From Betaproteobacteria bacterium (GTDB lineage Bacteria > Pseudomonadota > Gammaproteobacteria > Burkholderiales > Rhodocyclaceae), in contig JAHRYW010000013.1 of assembly GCA_020621865.1 (NCBI GenBank), positions 12,289 through 76,288 of the forward strand: a DNA stretch of 64,000 bases, read 5' to 3'. The notes under the pieces are model-generated. The model worked only from the letters and a program-made list of their open reading frames with translations, had not been told where the DNA came from and did not search any database. The position numbers and the translations under genes were made by a program. The stretch's first letter is position 1. Every line of letters begins with the position of its first letter. Of the stretch, positions 22,284 to 32,031 are shown one piece after another.

Positions 22284-23101
22284 GGGCCTGTTCACAGTAG
22301 CTGATTTGTGTTTACATCCTGGAATTTGGATGTTGAACATGGATCGGCGAATGTTGAGCGATACCCAATGGTTTCGAATTGCTGAGTTGTTACCGGGTAA
22401 GCCGACGGATAAAGGTGGGCGGGCTGTCGATAACCGACGCTTTGTCGAGGCCGTTCTGTACCTTGCTCGCACCGGATCTCCCTGGCGAGATTTACCCAAA
22501 GAGTTGGGTAACTGGCACTCGGTATATGTCCGGTTTGCGCGCTGGGAAGAGTACGGCGTTTGGCATCGCGTCGCCGAGGCTCTCCAGGGCGATGCAGACT
22601 TGGAAGAGCTATTCATTGATGCCACGATTGTCCGTGCCCACCAGCATGCGGCCGGCGCACCCAAAAAAACGGTAGCGATCAAGCGATCGGTCGCTCGCGG
22701 GGCGGACTGACCACCAAGGTTCATGCTTGTGTCGATGCTCTGGGCAATCCGGTTCGTCTGATCCTGACGGCCGGCCAAGTGGCCGATGTCACGCAAGGGG
22801 CTGCCTTGGTTGAGGCAATCCCGACCGGCGCTGTCATCGCCGACAAAGGCTACGACAGCGATGCCTTGGTCGACATCATTGAGGCCTCCGGTGCCGAGGC
22901 GATCATCCCACCTCGAAGCAATCGCAACGCCCAACGCAAAGTCGACTGGCACCGCTACAAGGCACGAAACCTCGTCGAGCGATTCTTCAATCGCCTCAAG
23001 CAGTTCCGGCGTATCGCAACCCGATACGACAAACTTGCCAATCGCTTCAACGCCTTCCTGCATCTCGCCTGTGCCTATATCTGGTTACTGTGAACACGCC
23101 C
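22284..23101 (+). mobile_element. IS5-family insertion sequence (IS427-like), 818 bp
   Basis: 16-bp IRs gggcctgttcacagta / tactgtgaacacgccc (1 mismatch); TA duplication at 22282-83 and 23102-03. Confidence 0.92.
22330..23093 (+). CDS. IS5 transposase, two ORFs joined by -1 frameshift
   Basis: RTGSPWRDLP, IDATIVRAHQHAAG, A7 slip site 22663-22669, ADKGYD, RNLVERFFNRLKQFRRIATRYDK. Confidence 0.9.
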
Positions 23102-23566
23102 TAGCCTTCATTATCTTCACGGAAATGCAGGGCTAGATCAGGCACAATTTGTCGAAGAACTGCTGGCAGCTATTATTGAAGCACAGCCAGAAAAGGATAT
23201 ACAGGATAATAAGGGAAATCTAGAAGCAGCCCTATTAGAATTCTTGGGTACGGCACCGTTGCGCGTAAGTGCAAAAGCAGCAACCCTGCTTTTTGACGAA
23301 GAACGAGGCTTTTCAAATGCCAGAGTTATAACGGATGTTCGACCTGTATTCGGCGACGATATATCTTCTCCCGATATCTCTGCGGCGTTTATTATTCATT
23401 CTCTGCGCATCTCATACCGTGGGCGGAGTGAAAATAGTGAATTCTTCGTAAGTATGAGTACCAAGGATTTGAGGGACTTACGAAAAGTCATCGATCGGGC
23501 TCTCGATAAAGCGGAGGGTCTCGAACACGTAATGTCGTCACTTACGTCTCACGTTATTGATCCAAA

Positions 23567-24556
23567 ATGAGTGCACTGGCAAGGGATGTGGACTTTTGCG
23601 AGATCCCAGAATCTCGTGGGCGAACTATTGAGTGCGCAGTAGGTGGAGCGGTTTCCAAGATTCGTAATGAGTATGAGATCACTCTGTTAGAGGCGGGGCT
23701 GGTTAAGGGGCGATTCTTTACGGAAAATCCTGAGAAATACGGACCTACTGCCTTTCGCACTTATCAGATAGTTGAAGAAATTCATGACGGCAGTCCATTG
23801 CTTGAAAAGCATTGGTACGAACTGGCAAATCAATTTGGCTCCTTTGTCGGCTTCACAGCCTCTCCTTTTTCCACTTGCTTCAGAGGCTTAAGGAACTTGA
23901 TTGTGGGCGGTCCCAGGGTGGGAGGCTCTCCGAGAGAGGCGGATGTTGTATTCCGGTTGTCATCGGATAAATTCAATGAACTCAAACTTTTCACAGTTAA
24001 GTCGGTAGAAGCTCGACAACAGCCGATAAATGAATTTCGTCCATCTAAAGAGTTAGTGGAGCAAGTTGTTTTATCCCGCAAGCGACTCGTTGACGAGCGG
24101 TTACGGGTTCTGGACATGTTACGAAAGGATTTGAGCTCGACGGATTTTTCTGAGGCTGAGAACCTTCTGTCTTACGCTGCTAATTCCAATGTTGAACTGC
24201 AAGATGATGTGGATAATTTTATTGAGGAGCAAGTTCGTGCACTCATTGAAACTATCGGCAGGGTTAGTCTAAAGGGGGCTCGTGGAAAGTTTTTTTTCCT
24301 AACACTTGAGTCCGGCTCAAAGTTCTTGCCATGGGTTGAGAATGCCTTGTTGTCGCCTTTTAATTTGACAGCTGAATTCATGGTGCCGTTTCTTGAATAT
24401 CTGCTGCGAGACATCAAACCGGTTGCGGCATCAGGCACATTTCGGACCGCTCATGCGCGATTGGTGATTCATGACAAAGAGCTAGTTGTCGAGAGATTGG
24501 AAAGAAAAGCAGCCACAATTTTTGGCAAGGTCAATAGAAAACAGAGGGTTGGATAA
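23567..24556 (+). CDS. Hypothetical protein (329 aa), low-GC cargo
   Basis: ATGA overlap with upstream gene; no recognised motif. Confidence 0.7.
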   Translation: MSALARDVDFCEIPESRGRTIECAVGGAVSKIRNEYEITLLEAGLVKGRFFTENPEKYGPTAFRTYQIVEEIHDGSPLLEKHWYELANQFGSFVGFTASPFSTCFRGLRNLIVGGPRVGGSPREADVVFRLSSDKFNELKLFTVKSVEARQQPINEFRPSKELVEQVVLSRKRLVDERLRVLDMLRKDLSSTDFSEAENLLSYAANSNVELQDDVDNFIEEQVRALIETIGRVSLKGARGKFFFLTLESGSKFLPWVENALLSPFNLTAEFMVPFLEYLLRDIKPVAASGTFRTAHARLVIHDKELVVERLERKAATIFGKVNRKQRVG

Positions 24557-24575
24557 GGGTTGGGAGAGCATAGGG

Positions 24576-25613
24576 TTGCCAACGTTTAATCTCCTGCACC
24601 TGTCTGATCTGCACTTTGCTGTCGAACCGGAGAGGGCTAATCCGTATTTAGAACGCCGTATAGCAGAAGGTGTGCTTGGCTTTAAAAATCCTTTTTTGCC
24701 GAATACCTTCTGCCCACAGAAGGCTGTCCTGCTTGCATCAGCAATAGAGGATATCAAGAATGATATTCATGCTATCCTCATTACGGGCGATCTTGCTACA
24801 ACGGGAATGCAACCCGATCTGGATAGCGCAAAAAATTGGATTGCAGGTTCCGCATCCCATAAATATGTACCTCACCAATTTGGCGGATCGTCTACTGTCA
24901 CTTGTCTTGGTGATTTGGCTGGTACTTTGATTCTCATGCCAGGTAATCATGACCGCTACCAAGGTGCAGCAAACGATCCTGGCTCGGCTGTTTTTGAAAA
25001 CGTATTTGGCACGCACTGGGATTTGGGCCGCGGAAATGTGATGCAGCCGGTGAATCCGCGCATTCGCAGAGCAGATGTTCGGAGCGAGAATGAGGCTCTA
25101 ATTATTCTTTGTGCTGACTTTTCATTGATTCAGAAAATTGATGCAACTGACTCTCTAGTCAGTTATATGGGTCAAGGAAAGGCCTATAAGAATATTGTCG
25201 ATGCGCTAGTTGCTGAAACGCGTACTTGTCGTGAAACTGACCAAAATGCTTGTATTGTTTGGGCAACCCATTTTCCTCCTCAGTTTAAACATGACACAGT
25301 GAACGTTGGCCCTGAACTTGCCTTGATTAATGATGACGTCTTATTAGATGCCGCTAGCAAAGAGAGTATAAAAATAATATTCTCTGGCCATACTCATGTC
25401 TCAAGTGTTTATAGGGCCTTCAGGGATGTCTATGTGGTATGTGCGGGGACACCTACTTCCTATGGAAGAAACGAGATACAGCATTCGTTTAATGCTGTGG
25501 TGTTGACTACAGCAAGAAATAAACTGGCTACTGTAAGTGTCATGCGCTATCTCTGGGATAAAAAAATGGCAGTGTTTGAGCCTGATGGCACGGAGATTGA
25601 GATTCTGTTGTAG
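24576..25613 (+). CDS. Calcineurin-like metallophosphoesterase
   Basis: HLSDLHF, ITGDL, PGNHD, THFP, SGHTH motifs; probable TTG start after gggag. Confidence 0.88.
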   Translation: MPTFNLLHLSDLHFAVEPERANPYLERRIAEGVLGFKNPFLPNTFCPQKAVLLASAIEDIKNDIHAILITGDLATTGMQPDLDSAKNWIAGSASHKYVPHQFGGSSTVTCLGDLAGTLILMPGNHDRYQGAANDPGSAVFENVFGTHWDLGRGNVMQPVNPRIRRADVRSENEALIILCADFSLIQKIDATDSLVSYMGQGKAYKNIVDALVAETRTCRETDQNACIVWATHFPPQFKHDTVNVGPELALINDDVLLDAASKESIKIIFSGHTHVSSVYRAFRDVYVVCAGTPTSYGRNEIQHSFNAVVLTTARNKLATVSVMRYLWDKKMAVFEPDGTEIEILL

Positions 25614-26179
25614 GGGAAGGTTATTGTATTTCATGCCAAAGGATTAGTTTGGCCTTGTATAAATAACTTCCTCAATTTGTCGGTGCTCATGATGCTGACC
25701 TCCTTGGTTCCAGCTGGTCTGAAAATCCCATAGCAGATCACATTATTACAAGCTTTGTTTGGAGCAACGGAGAAATAACCAACTGTCGAGGATAGGGCTG
25801 TATTTCGGCCTGTGTCACATCTACATGCTGGTAATAGTGCCCGCTCATTGGACGGCAGAGCCGACCGATGCCAGCGAAAAGCTCAAGGTCCGTTTAGGGC
25901 CGGGTGCCGTCCTACACGGCAGAGGAAAGCAGATCTTCGTCACCAAGCTGCCCTCAGGGACTGCTGACCGGCAGATACCGGGCGCTCATGCGGCACTGTT
26001 GTATGTCCGCAAAGGCCGAGATTCTGCCTGATTGAGTGCCATTCTTGATTGGGCTCTAGTCGGTTCGAAAAGCGGGCCTTCCCAAACGAGTTCGCAAAAC
26101 TGAAGTTTCCTGATTTGCGTGATTCTGCGGCCCTCAGCAGTTGAGAGCCCTTGGAAACCATTGTGGCACCTATGTTTGC

Positions 26180-26226
26180 TATCTCGACCTAAGCTGCGAA
26201 AGTCTCAACTTAAGCTGCGGACGAGA
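26180..26226 (-). repeat. Transposon end with tandem transposase-binding repeats
   Basis: revcomp TCTCGT-ccgcagcttaagttgagact-ttcgcagcttaggtcgagata. Confidence 0.85.
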
Positions 26227-26247
26227 GGCGCCGCTGCGGGAAAGTGC

Positions 26248-26277
26248 TTGACAGTGATATATCGATGTATCTAAGAT
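26248..26277 (+). promoter_or_regulatory. Sigma70 promoter with internal palindromic operator
   Basis: TTGACA-18bp-TAAGAT; imperfect palindrome gatatatcgatgtatc 26256-26271. Confidence 0.6.
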
Positions 26278-26284
26278 TTTCGAT

Positions 26285-26596
26285 ATGAAAACCGATTACA
26301 CCCAAACGATCCCCGCCGAATGGCAGGCGATGTCGAAGATTTTTGTGGCCCTCGGCGACGAGCACCGGCAACGCATCCTGCTGCTGTTTGAGCCGGGCGA
26401 GCGGCTCAATGTCGGGCAGATTGCCCAGGTGTCGACGCTGGCCCGGTCGACCGTTTCGCATCACCTGAAGATTCTCCATGAGTCCGGCGCCCTGGCTTCC
26501 GAGAAGATCGGCAAGGAGGTCTGGTTCTGGATCGACCGGCCGGTGCTGGAAAGCACCTTTGCCAACGTCCTCGATTACCTGAAGGAAAACTGCTGA
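26285..26596 (+). CDS. ArsR/SmtB-family regulator
   Basis: FVALGDEHRQRIL...RSTVSHHLKIL winged HTH. Confidence 0.9.
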   Translation: MKTDYTQTIPAEWQAMSKIFVALGDEHRQRILLLFEPGERLNVGQIAQVSTLARSTVSHHLKILHESGALASEKIGKEVWFWIDRPVLESTFANVLDYLKENC

Positions 26597-28740
26597 TGTT
26601 GCGTTCCCTGTTGCGGCCGCTGCTGCGCGGCCTGGCCCGGCTGTTGTTTCGCGTCGAGGTGATGGCGCGCCAGGCCGATTTCAAACACCCGCGCCTGTTG
26701 GTCGTTGCCAATCACGAGTCCTTCCTCGACGGCCTGCTGCTCGGCTTGTTCCTGCCCATCGACCCGGTCTTCGTCGTGCATACCGGCATTGCCAACAACT
26801 TTTTTTTCCGCATGCTGCTCTCGCAGGTCGATTACCTGGCGGTCGATCCGACCAGTCCGATGGCCATGAAGAAGGTGATCCGGCTGATCGAGTCGGGCCG
26901 CCCGGTGGTCATCTTCCCGGAAGGGCGGATCACGCTGACCGGGTCGCTGATGAAGGTCTACGACGGCCCGGCCTTCGTCGCCGCCAAGACCGGCGCGACG
27001 GTGGTGCCGGTGCGCCTGGACGGCGCCTCGCGCAGCTATTTCTCGCGCCTGTCCGGCCGCCATCCGCGGGCGTTGCTGCCGAAAATCCGCCTGTCCATCC
27101 TGGCCGAGCGCCATTTCCCGATGCCCGAGGGGGCGACTGCCAAGTTGCGCCGCCGCAAGTCCGGCGAGGCGATGCGCAAGCTGATGCAGGAAATGATCTT
27201 CGCCTCCCGCCCGCAGCAGACGCTGTACGCCGCGCTGTGTGACGCCGCAGACATCTACGGCCGGCGCCGCCGCCTGCTGGAGGACGTCAAGCAGGTCGAG
27301 TATTCGTACAACGAGCTGCTCAAAATGGCAATGATCCTCGGCCGCCAGATCGAGCGTCTGACGCAGCCGGGCGAAAAGGTTGGCTTGCTGCTGCCCAACC
27401 TGGTGCCGACCATCGGCCTGATCTTCGGCCTGACGGCGCGCCGCCGCGTACCGGCCATGCTCAACTACACCGCCGGCGTTGAGGCCATGCAGGCGGCGAT
27501 TGATGCCGCCGAGGTCAAAACCGTCGTCACCTCGCGCGCCTTCGTCGAGCAGGCCAAGCTGGCCGACAAGCTCGGCGGCCTGAGTGGTGTTCAACTTGTC
27601 TATCTGGAGGACGTCCGCGAGCGCATCGGCGTGGCCGACAAGCTGTGGCTGATCGCCTACGCCATCCACTTCCCGCGCGCCTTCGAGCTGCCGGCCTCGC
27701 CGGAGGACGCGGCGGTGGTGCTGTTCACCTCAGGTTCGGAGGGCAAGCCGAAGGGCGTCGTGCTGCCGCACCGGGCGATCCTCGCCAACGTCGCGCAGAT
27801 CCGCTCGGTGATCGACTTCTCGGTCTACGACAAGGTACTGAACGCGCTGCCCATCTTCCATTCCTTCGGCCTGACCGCCGGCGCGCTGCTGCCGGTGCTG
27901 TCCGGCGCCAGCCTGTTCCTCTACCCGTCGCCGCTGCATTACCGGGTGATCCCGGAGCTGGCCTACGACCGCGGCTGCACCATCCTGTTCGGCACCTCGA
28001 CCTTCCTGGCCAACTACGCCAAGTTCGCCAATCCCTACGACTTCTACCGCCTGCGCTACGTCGTCGCCGGTGCCGAGAAGCTGTCGGAAGCGGTGCGCAG
28101 CCTGTGGTTCGAGAAATTCGGCCTGCGTATTTTCGAAGGTTACGGCGCCACCGAGACGGCGCCGGTGCTCGCCGTCAACACGCCGATGGCCTACAAGACC
28201 GGCACCGTCGGCAACCTGCTGCCCGGCATCGAACACAAGCTGCTGCCGGTGCCGGGCATCGACCGGGGCGGCATCCTGCACGTGCGCGGCCCCAACGTGA
28301 TGGCCGGCTACCTCAAGGCCGACCGGCCCGGCGTGTTGCAGGCGCCGGTTTCCGACGCGGGCGAGGGCTGGTACGAGACCGGCGACGTGGTCGAACTGGA
28401 TGAAGACGGATTTGTGAAGATCGTCGGCCGGGTCAAGCGCTTCGCCAAGATCGCCGGCGAAATGGTCAGCCTGGAAGTGGTCGAGAAGCTGGCCACCGCC
28501 ACCTCGCCTGCCTTGGTGCATGCCGCCTCAAGCCAGCCCGATCCGGCCAAGGGCGAGGCGCTGGTGCTGTTCACCACCGACGGCGAGCTGAGCCGCGAAC
28601 TGCTGGCCGCCAAAGCGCGCGAAATCGGCGTGCCGGAACTGGCCGTGCCGCGCAAGATCCACCGCGTCGAATCCCTGCCGCTGCTCGGCACCGGCAAGGT
28701 CGATTACGTGACGCTGAAGCGCCTGGCCGAGGCGGTATGA
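26596..28740 (+). CDS. aas: Bifunctional 2-acyl-GPE acyltransferase / acyl-ACP synthetase
   Basis: NHESFLD and FPEG acyltransferase motifs; FTSGSEGKPKG and YGATE AMP-binding motifs. Confidence 0.92.
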   Translation: MLRSLLRPLLRGLARLLFRVEVMARQADFKHPRLLVVANHESFLDGLLLGLFLPIDPVFVVHTGIANNFFFRMLLSQVDYLAVDPTSPMAMKKVIRLIESGRPVVIFPEGRITLTGSLMKVYDGPAFVAAKTGATVVPVRLDGASRSYFSRLSGRHPRALLPKIRLSILAERHFPMPEGATAKLRRRKSGEAMRKLMQEMIFASRPQQTLYAALCDAADIYGRRRRLLEDVKQVEYSYNELLKMAMILGRQIERLTQPGEKVGLLLPNLVPTIGLIFGLTARRRVPAMLNYTAGVEAMQAAIDAAEVKTVVTSRAFVEQAKLADKLGGLSGVQLVYLEDVRERIGVADKLWLIAYAIHFPRAFELPASPEDAAVVLFTSGSEGKPKGVVLPHRAILANVAQIRSVIDFSVYDKVLNALPIFHSFGLTAGALLPVLSGASLFLYPSPLHYRVIPELAYDRGCTILFGTSTFLANYAKFANPYDFYRLRYVVAGAEKLSEAVRSLWFEKFGLRIFEGYGATETAPVLAVNTPMAYKTGTVGNLLPGIEHKLLPVPGIDRGGILHVRGPNVMAGYLKADRPGVLQAPVSDAGEGWYETGDVVELDEDGFVKIVGRVKRFAKIAGEMVSLEVVEKLATATSPALVHAASSQPDPAKGEALVLFTTDGELSRELLAAKAREIGVPELAVPRKIHRVESLPLLGTGKVDYVTLKRLAEAV

Positions 28741-28755
28741 GCACGTTGAAAGCCA

Positions 28756-28797
28756 AATGCTACGGTCAGGCCGAAATTTTGGTCAAAATTGAAATTT
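28756..28797 (+). repeat. Dispersed 42-bp motif copy 4 (intergenic within operon)
   Basis: AATGCTACGGTCAGGCCGAAATTTTGGTCAAAATTGAAATTT. Confidence 0.9.
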
Positions 28798-28825
28798 CTG
28801 CGGGCGGCTGCCGGGAGCCGAGGCG

Positions 28826-30064
28826 ATGAGCGCCGCCTTCAACCCGAATCGTCGCCGCCTGCTCGGCCTGCTGGCCGGTGGTGCGGCGCTGTCCGCCGCC
28901 GGCTGGAGTGCGGCCGGGCCGTTGCTGGTTAACCCCTGCCGCGCCGCCATTCCGGTCGCCCTGATCGACAGCCCGTGGCTCAAGCAGGCCTGGGCCGGCA
29001 TCGACCCGGCCGAAGTCTGGGACTGCCACGTCCATCTGGCCGGACTGGGCGATGGCGGCAGCGGCATCGAGGTCGGGCCGCAATTGTCGAGCTGGCTGCA
29101 TCCGCTGCACTACGCCCAGCGCCTGTTCTACATGAACGCCGGCTGTGCCCATGAGGCGCCGGGCAAGGTCGACCAGGCCTACGTCGCTCGCCTGCTCAAC
29201 CTGTGCGACGCGATGCCGGCCGGCTTCAAGGTCATGCTCTTCGCCTTCGAGCGCTTTCACGACGGGAAGGGCGATGCCCATCCCGAGCATTCCGCCTTCT
29301 ACGTGCCGAATGCCTGGGCGGCCAAGCTGGCCAGGGATTTCCCGACCCGCTTCGAGTGGGTGGCCTCGCTGCACCCCTATCGACCGGGCGCGGCCGACGA
29401 CCTGAAAGCGGCCATCGCCAACGGCGCGCGCGCCGTCAAATGGCTGCCGGCGGCGATGGGCATGGACCCGGCCGCCGCCCAGTGCGATCCCTTCTACCGC
29501 GTGCTGGCCGAAACCGGGACGCCGCTGATCGTCCATTGCGGCGAGGAAAAGGCCGTCAAGGGCAGCGACACCCAAGCCTACGGCAGCCCGCTGCGCCTGC
29601 GCCGGGCGCTCGACGCCGGGGTCAAGGTGGTGGTCGCCCACTGCGCGTCGCTGGGCAAGGACCTCGATGACGACGGCAAGATCCGCCCCAGCTTTGACCT
29701 GTTCCTCAAGCTGCTGGCCGAGCCGCGCGCCCGGGAACTGCTGCATGGTGATATTTCGGCGATCACCCAGCGGAACCGGTCGCCGGCCATCATCCGCACG
29801 CTGCTCGAGCGCAGCGACCTGCACCCGCGCTTGCTGCACGGTTCCGACTACCCGCTGCCCGGCATCGTGCCGCTGACTTCGCCGGCCGCGCTGGCCCGCG
29901 CCGGGTTGCTGCCCAAGGCGGCGGTGGCTGATCTCGACCTCCTGCGCCAGCACAATCCGCTGCTCTTCGATTTTGCCCTGAAGCGCCTGCTGTGCTGGCA
30001 GGGCCATTCCTTCTCCCCGGCGGTTTTCCAGACCCGCCGACTTTTTGCTGCGAGCCACGCATGA
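28826..30064 (+). CDS. Tat-exported amidohydrolase-superfamily protein
   Basis: NRRRLL Tat signal; DCHVH, VHCG, VAHCA, GSDYP motifs. Confidence 0.85.
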   Translation: MSAAFNPNRRRLLGLLAGGAALSAAGWSAAGPLLVNPCRAAIPVALIDSPWLKQAWAGIDPAEVWDCHVHLAGLGDGGSGIEVGPQLSSWLHPLHYAQRLFYMNAGCAHEAPGKVDQAYVARLLNLCDAMPAGFKVMLFAFERFHDGKGDAHPEHSAFYVPNAWAAKLARDFPTRFEWVASLHPYRPGAADDLKAAIANGARAVKWLPAAMGMDPAAAQCDPFYRVLAETGTPLIVHCGEEKAVKGSDTQAYGSPLRLRRALDAGVKVVVAHCASLGKDLDDDGKIRPSFDLFLKLLAEPRARELLHGDISAITQRNRSPAIIRTLLERSDLHPRLLHGSDYPLPGIVPLTSPAALARAGLLPKAAVADLDLLRQHNPLLFDFALKRLLCWQGHSFSPAVFQTRRLFAASHA

Positions 30065-31941
30065 GCGGTCAATTCGGACTCCTGAAACAGAAGCGCTTCG
30101 CGCCCTTCTTCGCCACCCAGTTCCTCGGCGCCTTCAACGACAACCTGTTCAAGAACGCGCTGGTCGTGTTGCTGACTTTCCAGGCGGCGCAATGGACGAC
30201 CCTGGCAGCCGGGCTGCTGGCCAACCTGGCGGCCGGCATCTTCATCCTGCCCTTCTTCCTGTTCTCGGCCACTGCCGGGCAGCTGGCCGACAAGTACGAC
30301 AAAGCGATGCTCGCCCGCCTGGTCAAGGTGCTGGAGATGCTGATCATGGGCGTCGCTGCCGTCGGATTTTTCCTCCATAGCCTGCCGGTGCTGATGGGCG
30401 CGCTGTTTCTGCTTGGCTGCCATTCGACGCTGTTCGGGCCGGTCAAGTACGCGATCATGCCGCAGCACCTGCACGAGGACGAGCTGGTCGGCGGCAATGC
30501 GCTGATCGAGGCCGGCACCTTCGTCGCCATCCTGATCGGCACGCTGGCCGGCGGCCTGCTGGCCGGCTCGGTCGAGCATCCGGCCTGGATCGCGGTTGGC
30601 GGCTTCGTCGTCGCGGCAGCCGGCTACCTGACCAGCCGCGGCATCCCGGCCGCCCCGGCGCCGGTGCCGGAACTGCAGGTCAATCTCAATCCGTTCAGCG
30701 AAACCTGGCGCAACATCGCCTTCGCCCGGCAGAACCGCACCGTTTTCCTGTCCATCCTCGGCATCTCCTGGTTCTGGCTGTACGGCGCGCTGTTCCTCGC
30801 CCAGTTCCCGGCCTACGCCAAGTTCGTGCTTGGCGGCGGCGAGTCGGCGGTGACGCTGCTGCTCGCTACCTTCACGGTCGGCATCGGCGTCGGCTCGATG
30901 CTCTGCGAGCGGATTTCCGGCAAGCATGTCGAAATCGGCCTGGTGCCTTTCGGCTCGATCGGCCTGACGCTGTTCGGGCTCGACCTCTACTTCGCCTCGC
31001 CGGTCGGGCTGGCTGGCACGACGCCACACGAACTGCTGGCACTGCTCAGCCTCCCGTCCGTCTGGCGCGTGCTGGCCGATCTGATGCTGCTCGGGGTCTT
31101 CGGCGGCTTCTTCATCGTGCCGCTCTATGCGCTGGTCCAACTGCGCAGTTCGCCGGAACACCGGGCGCGGATCATCGCCGCCAACAACATCCTCAACGCG
31201 CTGTTCATGGTCGTCGGCGCGCTGGGGGCGGCCAGCCTGCTCGGCGCCGGGCTGAGCATGCCGGCGCTGTTCGGCCTGGCCGCGCTGCTCAACGCCGTAG
31301 TGGCCGTCTACATCTACGGCCTGGTGCCAGAATTTCTGCTCCGCTTCATCGCCTGGCTGCTGGTCAAGGCGGTTTATCGGCTGCGCACCGAGGGGCTGGA
31401 GCACATCCCGGCCGAAGGCGCCGCCGTGCTGGTCGCCAACCACGTCAGCTTTGTCGACGCCGTGGTCATCATGGGCGCCTCGCCGCGGCCGATCCGCTTC
31501 GTGATGGATCACCGCATCTTCAAGACGCCGCTGCTCGGCTTCATTTTCCGCCACTGCGGCGCGATCCCCATCGCCTCGGCCAAGGAGGACGCGGCGATGC
31601 TGGAAGCGGCCTTCGCCGAAGTCGCCAGGGCGCTGGCGGCCGGTGACCTGGTTGGCATTTTTCCGGAAGGCCGGATCACCCAGGACGGCGAATTGCAGCC
31701 TTTTCGCAGTGGCATCAGCCGTATCCTGGCCAGCAACCCGGTGCCGGTCGTGCCGCTGGCGCTGTCCGGGCTGTGGGGCAGTTTTTTCTCGCGCATCGAC
31801 GGTGCGGCGATGAAAACGCCGTTCCGGCGCGGGGTGTTTTCCGACATCGCGCTGCGGGCCGGAGCGCCGGTGGCGGCCGAACAGGCCTCGCCGGCCTATC
31901 TGCAGTCGGTGGTTGCCGGCCTGCGCGGCGATTGTCCGTGA
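30061..31941 (+). CDS. LplT-like MFS transporter fused to PlsC-type acyltransferase
   Basis: QFLGAFNDNLFK, FGPVKYAI MFS motifs; C-terminal NHVSFVD, FPEG. Confidence 0.9.
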   Translation: MSGQFGLLKQKRFAPFFATQFLGAFNDNLFKNALVVLLTFQAAQWTTLAAGLLANLAAGIFILPFFLFSATAGQLADKYDKAMLARLVKVLEMLIMGVAAVGFFLHSLPVLMGALFLLGCHSTLFGPVKYAIMPQHLHEDELVGGNALIEAGTFVAILIGTLAGGLLAGSVEHPAWIAVGGFVVAAAGYLTSRGIPAAPAPVPELQVNLNPFSETWRNIAFARQNRTVFLSILGISWFWLYGALFLAQFPAYAKFVLGGGESAVTLLLATFTVGIGVGSMLCERISGKHVEIGLVPFGSIGLTLFGLDLYFASPVGLAGTTPHELLALLSLPSVWRVLADLMLLGVFGGFFIVPLYALVQLRSSPEHRARIIAANNILNALFMVVGALGAASLLGAGLSMPALFGLAALLNAVVAVYIYGLVPEFLLRFIAWLLVKAVYRLRTEGLEHIPAEGAAVLVANHVSFVDAVVIMGASPRPIRFVMDHRIFKTPLLGFIFRHCGAIPIASAKEDAAMLEAAFAEVARALAAGDLVGIFPEGRITQDGELQPFRSGISRILASNPVPVVPLALSGLWGSFFSRIDGAAMKTPFRRGVFSDIALRAGAPVAAEQASPAYLQSVVAGLRGDCP

Positions 31942-32031
31942 GGGCCGATAAGTTGATCGGCCGGCCTTAAGGGCGGCTTAATATTGGCCGACTAAATTAG
32001 TCGGAAATTTCCCCGTGCTCAAGGAGTCCCG

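Larger units (their letters stand above)
22088..23570 (+). pseudogene. 220-aa helical + COMM-domain-like protein interrupted by IS5
   Basis: Removing IS 22284-23101 and one TA joins ...ARAII to SLHYLHG...FLGTAPLR... in frame with no stops; fold call is inference. Confidence 0.75.
17445..26226. mobile_element. Defective Tn7-like transposon (~8.8 kb)
   Basis: 24-bp perfect terminal inverted repeats TCTCGTCCGCAGCTTAAGTTGAGA; flanking GGCGC direct repeats (17440-17444, 26227-26231); repeated ~20-bp internal sites; tnsA; lower GC. Confidence 0.9.

Noticed and set aside
25759-26161. Short ORFs near the transposon right end, and 21901-22101
   Set aside because: Non-ATG starts, no RBS and no recognisable motif.
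17445-26226. CRISPR-associated transposon (CAST)
   Set aside because: No repeat-spacer array or cas-like ORF is visible; the end repeats are transposase-type sites. Deleted genes cannot be assessed.
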